A stretch of 64,000 nt of DNA, taken from Opitutia bacterium (GTDB taxonomy: Bacteria; Verrucomicrobiota; Verrucomicrobiia; Opitutales; Opitutaceae). A program made the translations under genes and the position numbers. Within the stretch, counting starts at the first letter, position 1; each line of letters starts with the position of its first letter. Of this stretch, positions 46,781 to 58,465 are shown piece after piece. Below the pieces are notes generated by a model. That model ran no database searches. It was not told the origin of the DNA and was given only the letters and a program-made list of their open reading frames with translations. The stretch is from the NCBI GenBank assembly GCA_947478395.1, contig CANJVR010000003.1, positions 128,001 through 192,000 on the forward strand, given 5' to 3'.

Positions 46781-46876
46781 AAATGTGGAAGGGGGCCCCT
46801 CACCTCGCGTTTGGCTCGTTCCAAAAACGCGGGGTACGGGGGCCCACATTCGGCTGCCGCGTGGTTGTAAAACGCC

Positions 46877-47014
46877 GGAGCCGTTTACGTTTTTCCGTCG
46901 CCGCTTTCACGGCGCGGCCGACCTCTCTGCCTGCCGGATTCGGCCGCCTCGTTTCAGACCGGCCGGGATGCCGGCCGCTACGTTGTTAGCAGCTTCGCTT
47001 CGGATTACACCGCC

Positions 47015-47017
<3 letters not shown>
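46877..47017. mobile_element. Composite MITE/REP element, copy 3 (degenerate)
   Basis: GGAGCCGTTTAC...core CTCTCTGCCTGCCGG...GCCGGCCGCTAC...TTACACCGCCTCA; spacing like copies 1 and 5; overlaps the deoA stop. Confidence 0.6.
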
Positions 47018-48319
<1,302 letters not shown>

Positions 48320-48867
48320 GCGTGCACCGTCTCAGGCGGGAGGCGCGTGGGCAAATCCGTAAGCGCGTTCCGCCTTGGCAATCCGCCCCTAGCAATGCTC
48401 GTTCCACGTTTTGTAACCGGCGCGTCGGGCGCCGAGCCGTTCCAGCGCGCTCTTGATCCAGACGACCATCAATAGCGGGGGCGGGCTAAACTTTGGTCGG
48501 GCAACAACGGCGGCGGCTGCACAGTGGCCACGAAGGATTTCAATCCCACACGCAACCTGACCAAGCAGCCGGCGAGATTGGCGACGTCGCACGGGACGAT
48601 ACCGTGAAGCAAAAACGGGAGCAGAAAGTTTTACGGCGCCGAGCCTAGCGGATGACCCAACGCCTGCGCTGGGTTTCGGCAGCAGCGGGTGCGCTCGCGG
48701 AACGAACACCGCTGAAAAATCTAACGGAAAGCGGTCTTGTGCGACCGCGCTGAAAACAACCCGCCGATGAATTCCACGATATTCTCCCGACCGAGCCTTG
48801 GCACCGTTCCATAAAATGTGTTGGGCTATCGCTGCCCCGAACGGTTTCTGGTTCGGAAAAATTTCCC

Positions 48868-49827
48868 ATGTCACCCCATGTCGTAGTCGTCGGCAGTTTT
48901 GTGCAGGATCTTTCCTGGAAATGCGCCGCGTTCCCCAGCGCGGGCGAGACCGTGCTCGGCACCTTCGCCACCGGACCCGGCGGGAAAGGCTCCAATCAGG
49001 CCATCGCCGCGGGTCGGACCGGCGTGCCAACGCTTTTTGTGGGCGCCGTGGGCACTGACACCTTTGCGGCCGACGCTAAAAAATTCTACGCCAACGAAGG
49101 CATCGCGGCGCATTTGGTTAAAAAATCCGGCCACGCGACTGGCACCGCCGCTGTTCTGGTCAACGCCACGGGCCAGAACGAAATCGTGGTCGCGCTCGGC
49201 GCGAACTCGGCCCTCCGACCGAAGGACGTGCCCGCGACCGCAATCCGCCGCGCAAAAGTCGTGGTCACCCAGCACGAGACCGATCTGCGCACGGTCGCGG
49301 CCGTTTTGAAAATGGCGCGCGCGGCCGGAGCCATCACCGTGCACAACCCGGCGCCCATGCGCCCCGATTTCGCGCCCGCCTTGCTGCGGCAGGTCGACGT
49401 GTTAATTCCAAACGAGACCGAGTTTGCCGCGCTCGTGAATCTGCCCGCGCTCAAATTCACGGGGGCGATCAAAGCCAAACCGTTTACCGTCGACGCGCTG
49501 CATGCCCTTCCACCTGACAAGCTGCATGCTCTTTGCCGAGAGCTCAAAGTTCCGACCGTGATCGTCACACTCGGCGCCAAAGGAGTTTTCGTTTCCGAAT
49601 CCTCCGGTCATAGCTTCATCGCCGCTCACAAAGTTAAAGCGGTGGACACCACCGGCGCGGGCGACGCGTTTTGCGGTGGTTTCGCGGCGGGCTTAGTCAA
49701 ATTCTCGGGCGACATCCTCGCGGCCGCACGTTTAGGCAACGCCGTGGCCGCGCTCTCCGTGACAAAACTCGGGACCGCTCCTTCGATGCCGACGGCGCGT
49801 GAAATAGCCGAGTTCCTCAAGAGGTAG
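48868..49827 (+). CDS. rbsK: Ribokinase (PfkB family; possibly a deoxyribokinase)
   Basis: GPGGKGSNQAIA, PNETE, VTLGAKG, DTTGAGDAFCG. Confidence 0.88.
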   Translation: MSPHVVVVGSFVQDLSWKCAAFPSAGETVLGTFATGPGGKGSNQAIAAGRTGVPTLFVGAVGTDTFAADAKKFYANEGIAAHLVKKSGHATGTAAVLVNATGQNEIVVALGANSALRPKDVPATAIRRAKVVVTQHETDLRTVAAVLKMARAAGAITVHNPAPMRPDFAPALLRQVDVLIPNETEFAALVNLPALKFTGAIKAKPFTVDALHALPPDKLHALCRELKVPTVIVTLGAKGVFVSESSGHSFIAAHKVKAVDTTGAGDAFCGGFAAGLVKFSGDILAAARLGNAVAALSVTKLGTAPSMPTAREIAEFLKR

Positions 49828-49927
49828 CGGCGGGCGTCCCTGCCTGCCGAAACAAGGATGCCGAATCCGGCAGGCAGGGACGCCTGCCGCTACACAAAAC
49901 GGCCGCGGAAAAACTTGAGCTGCTCTA
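49824..49927. mobile_element. Composite MITE/REP element, copy 4 (opposite orientation, one arm missing)
   Basis: REP doublet at 49824-49893 whose GTAG contains the rbsK TAG stop. The arm at 49894-49927 is the reverse complement of the copy-1 left arm and ends TTGAGCTGCTCTA. Confidence 0.72.
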
Positions 49928-49968
49928 GGTGCCTTTTGAGAGGTCGGGCAGGCTCTTGTCTTCTGCCC

Positions 49969-50835
49969 TCACGCCCCGATCGGGTGCCAGGTCGTTTTGA
50001 ATTCGAGCGTACGACGAATCGCTTCGAGGTTTTGCTCCGATTCAGCCAGCCAATCCGGCGGCGTTTCCGCTTTGATGAGATGGGTCCGCTTCACACTGTC
50101 GGCTGCACCCAACGCGAGCGTCTGCCGCTCATCGGCATTCACGACTCCCACGACCGCCCGCAAGTGCGTGTGCGTGGCGAAGGTCGGAATCATTTCCTTG
50201 TGATAGCCGGTGAGCAAATTCACCACCCCGCCTGGGAGATCGCTGGTCGCGAGCATTTCACCAAGGAGAATCGCCGGGTAAGGCTGGGCGGTCGAGGCGA
50301 GCGCGACCACCGTGTTGCCGCTCGTAATCGCAGGGGCAAAAAGCGAGACGAGCCCGAGCAAAGGCGCGCTCTCCGGCGCGATCACGCCCACGATGCCCAT
50401 CGGCTCTGTGACCGTGAAATTAAAATACGGCGCGGCCACCGGATTAACATTGCCCAACACTTGCTCATACTTGTCCGTCCAGCCCGCGTAGTAAATTAAT
50501 CGGTCAACCGTCGCCTCCACTTCGCGAGCTGCCGCCGCTTTCGTCGCACCGCCGAGCCGGATCGCTTCCGCCATTTCGCCGGCGCGGGCCTCGATCATTT
50601 CACCGAGACGATAAAGAATCTGCCCGCGGTTGTACGCCGTGCGCTTGGCCCAGCCCGGGCCGGCCTTCGCCGCGGCTTCGACGGCGTTGCGCAAATCCTT
50701 GCGCGTGCACTGCGGAATGTTGGCGAAGAAATCACCGGCCGCGTCCTTGAGCGGGAACACCCGCGCGCTTTCGGAACGGATGAATGCTCCGCCGACGTAA
50801 ACCTTGGGCGTTTTGGTAATAGGGAGACGCGACAT
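49969..50835 (-). CDS. Short aldehyde-dehydrogenase-like protein (Rossmann domain only)
   Basis: KTPKVYVGGAFIRSES, YYAGWTDK, EPMGIVG, SDLPGGVVNLLTG. Lacks the ELGGK and catalytic Cys segments. Confidence 0.85.
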   Translation of the reverse strand: MSRLPITKTPKVYVGGAFIRSESARVFPLKDAAGDFFANIPQCTRKDLRNAVEAAAKAGPGWAKRTAYNRGQILYRLGEMIEARAGEMAEAIRLGGATKAAAAREVEATVDRLIYYAGWTDKYEQVLGNVNPVAAPYFNFTVTEPMGIVGVIAPESAPLLGLVSLFAPAITSGNTVVALASTAQPYPAILLGEMLATSDLPGGVVNLLTGYHKEMIPTFATHTHLRAVVGVVNADERQTLALGAADSVKRTHLIKAETPPDWLAESEQNLEAIRRTLEFKTTWHPIGA

Positions 50836-50943
50836 GGATTTAATTTTTAACTGCGAAGAATCAATGCAACCAACCGATCACGGCCGGCCTCGATTGTTTG
50901 ATCCTTAGTTTCTTGGTAGTTTTTCAACGTCAGCTTTCGGCGG

Positions 50944-52452
50944 TCAGACGAGTTTGCAGTAGTCCAGCAGACCCTGGCGCCCGCCTTCGCGGCCGAAACC
51001 GCTTTCCTTGTAGCCGCCGAAGGGCGAGGTCGGATCGAATTTATTGTAGGTGTTCGCCCAGACGACGCCGGCCTTGAGCTCGGTCGACATCTTCAAAATC
51101 CGCGAGCCCTTATCCGTCCACACTCCGGCACTGAGCCCGTACGCGGTGTTGTTGGCCTTCTCGATCGCCTCGTCGACCGTGCGGAAGGTCAGGATGCTCA
51201 ATACCGGTCCGAAAATTTCCTCGCGCGCGATGCGATGACTCATGCTCACGCCGCTAAATAGCGTGGGACGGAAATAAAAACCTTTCGTCGGCAGGCGACA
51301 CGGCGCCTGAAACATTTCCGCGCCTTCCTTCACTCCCGCATCCACCAGCTCCCGGATTTTTTCGAGCTGCTCGCGTGAATTGATTGCACCGACATCCGTG
51401 TTCTTGTCGATCGGATCGCCCACGCGCAGTACCCGCAGGCGATTTTTCAACTTGGCCAGCACGGCGTCGGCCACGCCCTCCTGCACCAACAATCGCGAGC
51501 CCGCGCAGCACACGTGGCCTTGGTTGAAGAAAATCCCATTGACGATGCCTTCAACGGCCTGGTCGAGCGGGGCATCGTCGAAGACGATGTTCGCGGCCTT
51601 GCCGCCGAGTTCCATCGTCATCTTTTTGTCCGAGCCCGCGAGCGAACGCATGATGATCTTACCGACCTCCGTCGAACCCGTGAAAGCGACTTTTACCGGC
51701 GTCGGATGATTCATCACCGCGGCGCCGACCTCACCAGCGCCCGTCACGAAATTCACGACCCCCGGCGGCAAACCGGCGTCCTGAAAAATCTCCGCGAGCT
51801 TGAGCGCCGTGATCGATGTCGTCTCGGCGGGCTTGAGCACGACCGTGTTGCCCATCGCCAGCGCGGGCGCGAGTTTCCAGGCACACATCAAAAGCGGAAA
51901 ATTCCACGGGATGACTTGGCCGACAACGCCGAGCGGCGTGACGCGACGGCCGGGCGCGACGTAGTCAAGTTTGTCCGCCCAGCCCGCGTGATAGAAAAAA
52001 TGCGCCGCCGCCATCGGCACGTCGAAATCGCGCGACTCTTTGATTGGCTTGCCGCCATCGAGCGTCTCGGCGACGGCGAATTCGCGGGCGCGATCCTGCA
52101 ACAGCCGCGCAACACGGTAGAGATATTTTGCCCGTTCCCGCCCCGGCATTTTGCCCCAGGTTGTGTTGTACGCGCGCTGCGCCGCAGCGTAGGCGAGATC
52201 GACATCGACCGGCCCGGCGAGCGCGATCGCGGTGAGCTTTTGCTCATTCGCAGGATTGATGGAGTCGAAATACTTGCCCGATTTCGGCGCGACAAATTGC
52301 CCGTCGATAAACAGCTCGTACCGGGACTTCAGCTTCGGGTCGGCCGTCTCAGGCGCGGGATCGAACGCCCACAGGTCGCCAAAAATCAATTCCGGCGCGG
52401 GGCGGCCTAGACGGGCGGCGGGCTTTTTTTTAACAGCGGTCAAAGTGGGCAT
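50944..52452 (-). CDS. Aldehyde dehydrogenase (acetaldehyde, deoC-associated)
   Basis: IPWNFP, KPAE, FTGSTEVG, MELGGK, FFNQGHVCCAG, EEIFGPV, PFGGYKESG. Confidence 0.93.
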   Translation of the reverse strand: MPTLTAVKKKPAARLGRPAPELIFGDLWAFDPAPETADPKLKSRYELFIDGQFVAPKSGKYFDSINPANEQKLTAIALAGPVDVDLAYAAAQRAYNTTWGKMPGRERAKYLYRVARLLQDRAREFAVAETLDGGKPIKESRDFDVPMAAAHFFYHAGWADKLDYVAPGRRVTPLGVVGQVIPWNFPLLMCAWKLAPALAMGNTVVLKPAETTSITALKLAEIFQDAGLPPGVVNFVTGAGEVGAAVMNHPTPVKVAFTGSTEVGKIIMRSLAGSDKKMTMELGGKAANIVFDDAPLDQAVEGIVNGIFFNQGHVCCAGSRLLVQEGVADAVLAKLKNRLRVLRVGDPIDKNTDVGAINSREQLEKIRELVDAGVKEGAEMFQAPCRLPTKGFYFRPTLFSGVSMSHRIAREEIFGPVLSILTFRTVDEAIEKANNTAYGLSAGVWTDKGSRILKMSTELKAGVVWANTYNKFDPTSPFGGYKESGFGREGGRQGLLDYCKLV

Positions 52453-52466
52453 GGAGGATTTTTTTT

Positions 52467-52547
52467 GGAACGCTAATTGGCGCTAATCTTCGCTAATCTA
52501 AATTCAGGTTCGGAACATTAGCGTCAATAAGCGCAGATTAGCGTTCC
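52467..52547. repeat. Inverted repeat built from 10-bp-period CGCTAAT units
   Basis: GGAA then CGCTAAT at 52471, 52481, 52491; ATTAGCG/ATAAGCG/ATTAGCG at 52517, 52527, 52537, then TTCC. Confidence 0.8.
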
Positions 52548-52552
52548 CTTTT

Positions 52553-53494
52553 TCAGTAACTCTCGGCGGCTTCGCTGAAATAATACGGCGCCTGATACGC
52601 CCCGGTTTTTTCTTTTTCGATCTGGCGCAGCAAATCGTTAAGCACAGAGCTCGCGCCGAAACGGTAGCGGGTGTTGTTCAGCCACGCATCGCCGAGCGTT
52701 TCCTTCACCGCCACGAGAAACGTCAGCGCCTGCTTCGCCGTGCGAATGCCGCCGGCCGGCTTCATCGCGATGGCCACGCCGGTATCCAGGTAATAGTCGC
52801 GGATCGCCTCCAGCATCACCTGGTTGTTACCGAGCGTCGCGTTGAGCGTGGTTTTGCCCGTGCTGGTCTTGATAAAATCGCCCGGACGAATCACCCGCAT
52901 CGCGAGAAACGACGCGGCGCGGATCGAATCGTAGGTTTCTAATTCAATCACTTCGAGGATGACCTTGAGCGTCGCGGCGCCACACGCTTCGACGACCGCG
53001 GCGATTTCGTCCTGCACGCGGGCGAATTCTCCAGCCAGAAATGCTCCGCGGTTAATCACCATGTCGATCTCGTCCGCGCCGTCCTTCACGGCCGCGCGTA
53101 CTTCCGCCAAGCGCGTCGACAACGGCGCCTGCCCGCTGGGAAAAGCCGTCGCGACCGACGCGATCCGCACCGAAGACTTCGCGCCCAGCGTGCGACGCGC
53201 GTGCCGCACCATCGCGGAATAAACGCAGACCGCTGCGGTGCTCGGGACGGCCGAATCTTCGGAGGGGCGCAGCGCTTTTTGACAGAGCGAGGCGACCTTG
53301 CCCGGCGTGTCTTTGCCCTCGAGCGTGGTGAGGTCGACCATGGAAACCGCGGTCTTCAGACCCCAAAGTTTTGATGCTTTCTTGATCGAGCGGGTACCGT
53401 ATTTGGCGACGCGTTCCTCGATACCGACGTGATCGACGGACCCGATTTCATCGAAGAGCCGCCGAAATGCAGCCTGCGGAAGACGTGCCAACAT
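52553..53494 (-). CDS. deoC: Deoxyribose-phosphate aldolase
   Basis: DLTTLEGKDT, VATAFPSGQ, GADEIDMVI, LKVILE, FIKTSTGK, KPAGGIR, RFGASS. Confidence 0.95.
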   Translation of the reverse strand: MLARLPQAAFRRLFDEIGSVDHVGIEERVAKYGTRSIKKASKLWGLKTAVSMVDLTTLEGKDTPGKVASLCQKALRPSEDSAVPSTAAVCVYSAMVRHARRTLGAKSSVRIASVATAFPSGQAPLSTRLAEVRAAVKDGADEIDMVINRGAFLAGEFARVQDEIAAVVEACGAATLKVILEVIELETYDSIRAASFLAMRVIRPGDFIKTSTGKTTLNATLGNNQVMLEAIRDYYLDTGVAIAMKPAGGIRTAKQALTFLVAVKETLGDAWLNNTRYRFGASSVLNDLLRQIEKEKTGAYQAPYYFSEAAESY

Positions 53495-53741
53495 CCGCCG
53501 AATATCCGCATGCCGGCGGTTGAAGCCAAACGAAATTTCGCCAACGAGTCGTGCGTTAGCCGCCGGCTCCATTGAGCGCGGAGATGTTTTCCTGGATCGG
53601 AGTTGTCGCTCGGAACGCAGTGCCGAAACGATTTGAGCGGAGTGCGGGTGCCGCCGCACAATTATTGGCTCCGCCCAAAGCGAAAGCCCGGCTTGCTCCG
53701 GGGTTCGCCCAGCGCTTGGTTCTCAGCTAACCCCCTCCCTG

Positions 53742-54206
53742 ATGAAAAAAATCCTGTTCCGCCTTCTACCCCTCCTCGCGCTCGCATTCGTGTCGCTCCA
53801 TGCCGCCGAGGATAAGTCCATCGCCGGCGCCCGCGCCGCCGACGACGAGCGTCTCCTCGCCACCAAAGCGGCGGATCGCGCCCGGCTGGACGCGATTTTT
53901 TCCGACCAGCTTCACTACGCGCACTCCAGCGGCGTGGTCGACACGAAGGTCTCGTACATGCAATCGCTGCTGACCAAGTCCACGGTTTACGAGTCGTTCG
54001 ATTACAAGGAGCGCAATTTCACCGTCGCTGGACCGGGCGTAGTAATCATGACCGGCCGCGTTCTTATCAAAGCCACGAGCAACGGAGCCCGCGCTGATAA
54101 CGACCTCAACATCCTCGCCGTCTGGCGCGAAGAAAACGGCCAATGGCGTTTCCTTGCCTGGCAGTCCTGCAAAAATCCGCCCGCCGCTGCGCCAGCCGGA
54201 AAATAA
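53742..54206 (+). CDS. Secreted NTF2-like (DUF4440) protein
   Basis: Signal peptide; LHYAHSSG.VDTK; VWREENGQWRFLAWQS. Confidence 0.8.
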   Translation: MKKILFRLLPLLALAFVSLHAAEDKSIAGARAADDERLLATKAADRARLDAIFSDQLHYAHSSGVVDTKVSYMQSLLTKSTVYESFDYKERNFTVAGPGVVIMTGRVLIKATSNGARADNDLNILAVWREENGQWRFLAWQSCKNPPAAAPAGK

Positions 54207-54210
54207 ACGT

Positions 54211-54350
54211 TAGCGCGGTTTAAGATTTTTCGAAGCCGTCTTGGGTCGCGGCAGGCGTCCCTGCCTGCCGGGGTCGGCGCACTCGCTTCGGCAGGCCGGG
54301 ACGCCCGCCGCTACGTCGTTCGCGGGAACCCGTTTCGTTAAACCGCTCCA
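54211..54350. mobile_element. Composite MITE/REP element, copy 5
   Basis: TAGCGCGGTTTAA...REP doublet 54245-54314...TTAAACCGCTCCA. Confidence 0.75.
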
Positions 54351-54495
54351 GCGGCCGAGCGCATCGACCACGATTGGCTCGCCGTTTACAGACCCCTGCG
54401 TTTCCTCGCTTTATCTGCCGGATTTCTCGAGGGAATGTCACTTAATAGGTGACATGTTCGCGCGCGTTTTCGCGGGCGGCGCGAACGGCCGTGAT

Positions 54496-55902
54496 TTACC
54501 GCGCGGGTATTTTCCAGTAGGCGTTATCGATGTGCGCCGTGCGCATCAGGTCGGCGATTCGCGCCACCACCTCCGGATGTTTCGCGGCGATATCGTGCTG
54601 CTCGGCCAAATCGTGATCCAAATCGAAGAGCTGCAGCGGTGCTGAAGTTGTTTTCAAGCGAAGTCCTTTCCAATGGCCTTCAAGCAAGACCGCCTGACTC
54701 ACGCCTTCCTCGTAGAACTCCCAATAAAGAAAGTCGTGTTTCGGCTGCGGGCCTCGATCCAGCAGCGTTGGCGCGAGACTGATACTGTCGAGTGACGCCG
54801 GCACTTTCCCTCCACCGATTTCGGCTAACGTCGCCATCATGTCACCAAAGTAGCCGACGTGATTTGAAACGGTCCCCGGCTTGATCTGGCCGGGCCAGCG
54901 GGCGATGAAAGGAATCCGGATGCCACCTTCGGTCAGCGCGCGCTTCATGCCCGTTAGCGGACCGCAGACTTCGAAAAACTTGGGATCATAGCCTGGCCCG
55001 GCTTCCTCGTGCGGGCCATTATCGCTCGCGAAAAGCACCAGCGTGTTTTCGTCGAGCCCGCGGCGCTTCAGATCCGCGAGCAGTTCTCCGATCTGCGCGT
55101 CCAGCCGCGTGATCATCGCCGCGTGAGCCTTGTGCGTGTCAGTCCACGGCCGGTCGGCATACGGGCCGAAGTCCGGCACTTCGTTGCCATCGCCGAGCGC
55201 CTTGGCGCGCTCGTTATTCGCGTGCGGCGCGATCACGGAGAGATAAAGCAGAAACGGGCGCGCGGCATTATCCGCGATAAATTTATGGGCCTCGGCCGCA
55301 AACAAATCGCCAGCGTACGCCAGGCGCTTCGTCGCATAACCGGTGCCTTCGACCGCGCCCAGATGCACGAGATCGTTGGGCAACGGCACCTTCACGCCGT
55401 CGCGCCAGAGGTGATCTGGAAAATGATTGTGCGCCTGCGTCTGGCTGAGAAATCCGAAATACGAGTCGAAACCCTGCTTGCGCGGCTCGCCGGGCTCGTC
55501 GACCAGACCGAGACCCCATTTGCCGATGAGCCCGGTTCGATAGCCCGCTTGCTGCAGAACGCGCGCGAATGTGACGTCGCCGCTCATGAGGGTTTGCGCC
55601 GCGGTATTTTGCGGGCCCGCGTTGCCTCGCACGCGCGTGTGGCCGGTGTGCAGGCCCGTGAGCAACACACTGCGCGACGGAGCGCAGACCGTGTTGCCGG
55701 CGTAGAACTGCGTGAAGCGCATCCCTTCCGCCGCCATGCGATCGAGCACCGGTGTTTTTATCAACTTCTGTCCGTACGAGCCGAGTTCGCCGTAACCCAA
55801 ATCGTCCGCGAGGATGAGAATGATGTTAGGTTTTGATTCCGCGCCGAATGCCGCACCGGCGAACAACCCGAGCAACGCTCCCGCAAATTTTCCGAGTTTC
55901 AT
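54496..55902 (-). CDS. Secreted arylsulfatase (Cys-type, S1 family)
   Basis: PNIILILADDLG, CAPSRSVLLTG, GKWGLG, SDNG, EGGIRIP. Confidence 0.94.
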   Translation of the reverse strand: MKLGKFAGALLGLFAGAAFGAESKPNIILILADDLGYGELGSYGQKLIKTPVLDRMAAEGMRFTQFYAGNTVCAPSRSVLLTGLHTGHTRVRGNAGPQNTAAQTLMSGDVTFARVLQQAGYRTGLIGKWGLGLVDEPGEPRKQGFDSYFGFLSQTQAHNHFPDHLWRDGVKVPLPNDLVHLGAVEGTGYATKRLAYAGDLFAAEAHKFIADNAARPFLLYLSVIAPHANNERAKALGDGNEVPDFGPYADRPWTDTHKAHAAMITRLDAQIGELLADLKRRGLDENTLVLFASDNGPHEEAGPGYDPKFFEVCGPLTGMKRALTEGGIRIPFIARWPGQIKPGTVSNHVGYFGDMMATLAEIGGGKVPASLDSISLAPTLLDRGPQPKHDFLYWEFYEEGVSQAVLLEGHWKGLRLKTTSAPLQLFDLDHDLAEQHDIAAKHPEVVARIADLMRTAHIDNAYWKIPAR

Positions 55903-56000
55903 CGGCTCCGACCTTCTGTTTCGGCGGCGTCGATTGCAACCAGCGCGTGCAACGCCTTGGACTCTTGCACCGCACCGCCGAGCGGGCCAAGTTCGCGATC

Positions 56001-56975
56001 ATGCGCACCCCGTACTACCGCCTCGTGCTGCTTGCACTCACCCTCTCCCTCTCCATCAACCGCGGAATCGCGGCCGATTCGCCCCTCACGGTCGCGACCG
56101 ACCAGGAGTTCAGCGGCTGGCACGATGCCATCATCCTGCGCAACGGCGTGGTCGAGGCCGTCATTGTGCCGTCGGTGGGACGCGTGATGCAGTTTCGTTT
56201 TGTCGGCGAGACCGACGGTCCGTTGTGGGTCAACGAAAAGCTCGCCGGGAAACCGATGCCGGCTGATCCGTGGAAAACCACCGGGAGTTTCGGCGGCGAC
56301 AAAACCTGGCCCGCGCCGCAGAAAGCGTGGAACTGGCCACCGCCGGATGTCTTCGACGCCGTGGCGCTCAAGGCGCGGGTGAATCCCGATCGCTCGGTCA
56401 TCCTTGAATCGCCGGAAAGCCCGCGCTTCGGCATTCGCACCGTGCGGCGCATCGTACTCGATCCCGTCGCTCCGGTGCTGCGCATCGAAACCACGTTTGA
56501 AAAAATCTCCGGCGCGCCGTCTTCCGTTTCAATCTGGGTGATCTCGCAGCTCCGCGATCCGGTCGCGTTGATCGTACCGTTGCCGGCCAATTCGATTTTC
56601 CCCGACGGGCTCGCCCCGGGCTCGGCTGCGCTCGCCGGTTTTGGGACGCGCGAGGGCAACTGGCTCAGGCTCACGCGCGATCATCGCGCCCAGAAAAAAC
56701 TCTCCAACGACGCCTCGACGCTCGTCTGGGCCGGCGAAAAAGAATTACTCCGCATCGATCAGCCCCGCATCGCCGGCGCGACTTACCCGGACAACGGCTG
56801 CAGCGCGCAAGTGTACACGAATGCCGATCCTGTCGCGTACGTGGAACTCGAGATGTTCGGGCCGCTGCAGACCTTGCATCCCGGCGAAAAGATGAGCGCG
56901 ACGAACACGTATCGACTCGCGCGACGGACCACGGCGGATCTCGACGCGGACGTGCGAGCCTTGCTCGCGCCCTAA
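56001..56975 (+). CDS. Secreted DUF4380 / galactose-mutarotase-like protein
   Basis: Signal peptide; IVPSVGRVMQF, FGGDKTWPAPQ..W.WPP, YVELE. Confidence 0.65.
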   Translation: MRTPYYRLVLLALTLSLSINRGIAADSPLTVATDQEFSGWHDAIILRNGVVEAVIVPSVGRVMQFRFVGETDGPLWVNEKLAGKPMPADPWKTTGSFGGDKTWPAPQKAWNWPPPDVFDAVALKARVNPDRSVILESPESPRFGIRTVRRIVLDPVAPVLRIETTFEKISGAPSSVSIWVISQLRDPVALIVPLPANSIFPDGLAPGSAALAGFGTREGNWLRLTRDHRAQKKLSNDASTLVWAGEKELLRIDQPRIAGATYPDNGCSAQVYTNADPVAYVELEMFGPLQTLHPGEKMSATNTYRLARRTTADLDADVRALLAP

Positions 56976-57425
56976 CGGTTGCTTCGATTTCTTGAGCGGC
57001 GCGAGGCTCCGACCCAGCGCGCCGCCTTTACCGGTCTGGTCCGTCAACTGCGTCGCAGCCAGCGTACGCAAAAGCGTGAGGGCTTTCGACGCGTTCACCT
57101 AGAATCGGTCGGGCTTACGGTAAACGCGGAAGTTTCCCCAGTAGCCGCGGGCCTTCAATTCACGGAAAAAACCACGTCGTCCGCTTCATACGCTATGACG
57201 GGATAAATGCGGCCGCGGACTGAAAGCCCGACTGGCGGCGAAAAATCGCGCGCGGAATTCCACCGCGGACGAACGTGGCGAGCATTCGAATCGCGAGCAG
57301 TCCGATTGTCGTCTGCCGCTCGTTTGGGGCCGCGCTTCGGGCCGGATGAGCGTGAGTCATCTTCCGAGTTTCACCCAAACCCGCGCTTGAGCCGGTGGCG
57401 CGAGCGGCGCCATGCTAACTCCGCG

Positions 57426-58190
57426 ATGCCCGTCAAAGCCGATCTCCAGCACCTCCGCGCGCTCCGCGAAAAAAAGCATCGCGAAGCACTCGGACTCTTT
57501 GTCGTCGAAGGGGAGAAGGTTGTTGCCGAGTTGCTCACCGCGAAATTTCCGTTCGTCGAGATCTACGCCACCAATGAATGGCCGGGCTGGACCTCTGCTC
57601 CTGTTCCGGCTCCGACTGCGGCCCAGACCCGGGTTGTGCTGGTCACTCCGGAAGAAATGGCCCGCGCGAGTCATTTTCCCACCCCGTCGTCGGTGCTTGC
57701 GGTGGGTAAACTGGAACGCCGGACCCTCGGACCAAGCGAACTCGATCACGGCCTCACGCTCGCACTCGATGGGGTGCAGGACGCCGGCAATGTCGGCACG
57801 TTGCTGCGCATCGCGGACTGGTACGGTCTCGACCGCGTGCTGCTGTCCCCCGATTGCGCTGACTTGTTTTCCCAAAAAGTCATCAACGCCAGCATGGGTT
57901 CGTTCGCCCGCATGCCCACCTTCACCGGCGATCTCGCGGTTGCGCTGTCCTGCCGGGGCGCCGGCGTCGCCGTCTTGGGCTGCGATCTCACCGGAGAATC
58001 CGTGCATTCGCTGCCGGCGTTGACCAACGCCGTGATTGTCATCGGTAGCGAAGGGCGCGGTCTTTCACCGGCCGTCGCCGCGGCGATCACGCACCGGGTC
58101 ACGATTCCGAAATTCGGCGGGGCCGAATCGCTCAACGCCGCCGTCGCCGCCGCCATCGTGTGCGATAATCTGCGGCGCCGATCTGGTTAA
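57426..58190 (+). CDS. TrmH/SpoU-family RNA methyltransferase
   Basis: FVVEGEK, LDGVQDAGNVGTLLR, IGSEGRGL, AESLNAAVA. Confidence 0.92.
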   Translation: MPVKADLQHLRALREKKHREALGLFVVEGEKVVAELLTAKFPFVEIYATNEWPGWTSAPVPAPTAAQTRVVLVTPEEMARASHFPTPSSVLAVGKLERRTLGPSELDHGLTLALDGVQDAGNVGTLLRIADWYGLDRVLLSPDCADLFSQKVINASMGSFARMPTFTGDLAVALSCRGAGVAVLGCDLTGESVHSLPALTNAVIVIGSEGRGLSPAVAAAITHRVTIPKFGGAESLNAAVAAAIVCDNLRRRSG

Positions 58191-58465
58191 GTTAGGATTT
58201 CGCCGCACCCGCGACCGCTTTTTGGCAGGGCGCAACATTGCAGTTGGAGCCCTCGCACGCCTCGTGCCCCAAACATGGGCAACCGGAGGGCGGAATCTCA
58301 GCCTACGTGCGGCTGACCCAACCCCGCGCGTAGCCGGTCGGCTCCTTCAGCTTGTCGGAGAAGTGAACCGGGAAGCCGCTGGTGCGGAAAGTTTTTGTCT
58401 TTTTTCGGCTAACCCGCTTCCCGCGAAGCATCGATCCGAATTATGGGCCCTATCCACGGTCAAAC

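Noticed and set aside
48320..48867. 548-bp deoA-rbsK divergent spacer as a riboswitch or hidden gene
   Set aside because: No recognisable aptamer motif, repeat or credible ORF found by eye.
56976..57190. Minus-strand frame MKRTTWFFRELKARGYWGNFRVYRKPDRF*VNASKAL… as a pseudogene
   Set aside because: I cannot assign it to any family; it would need BLASTX.
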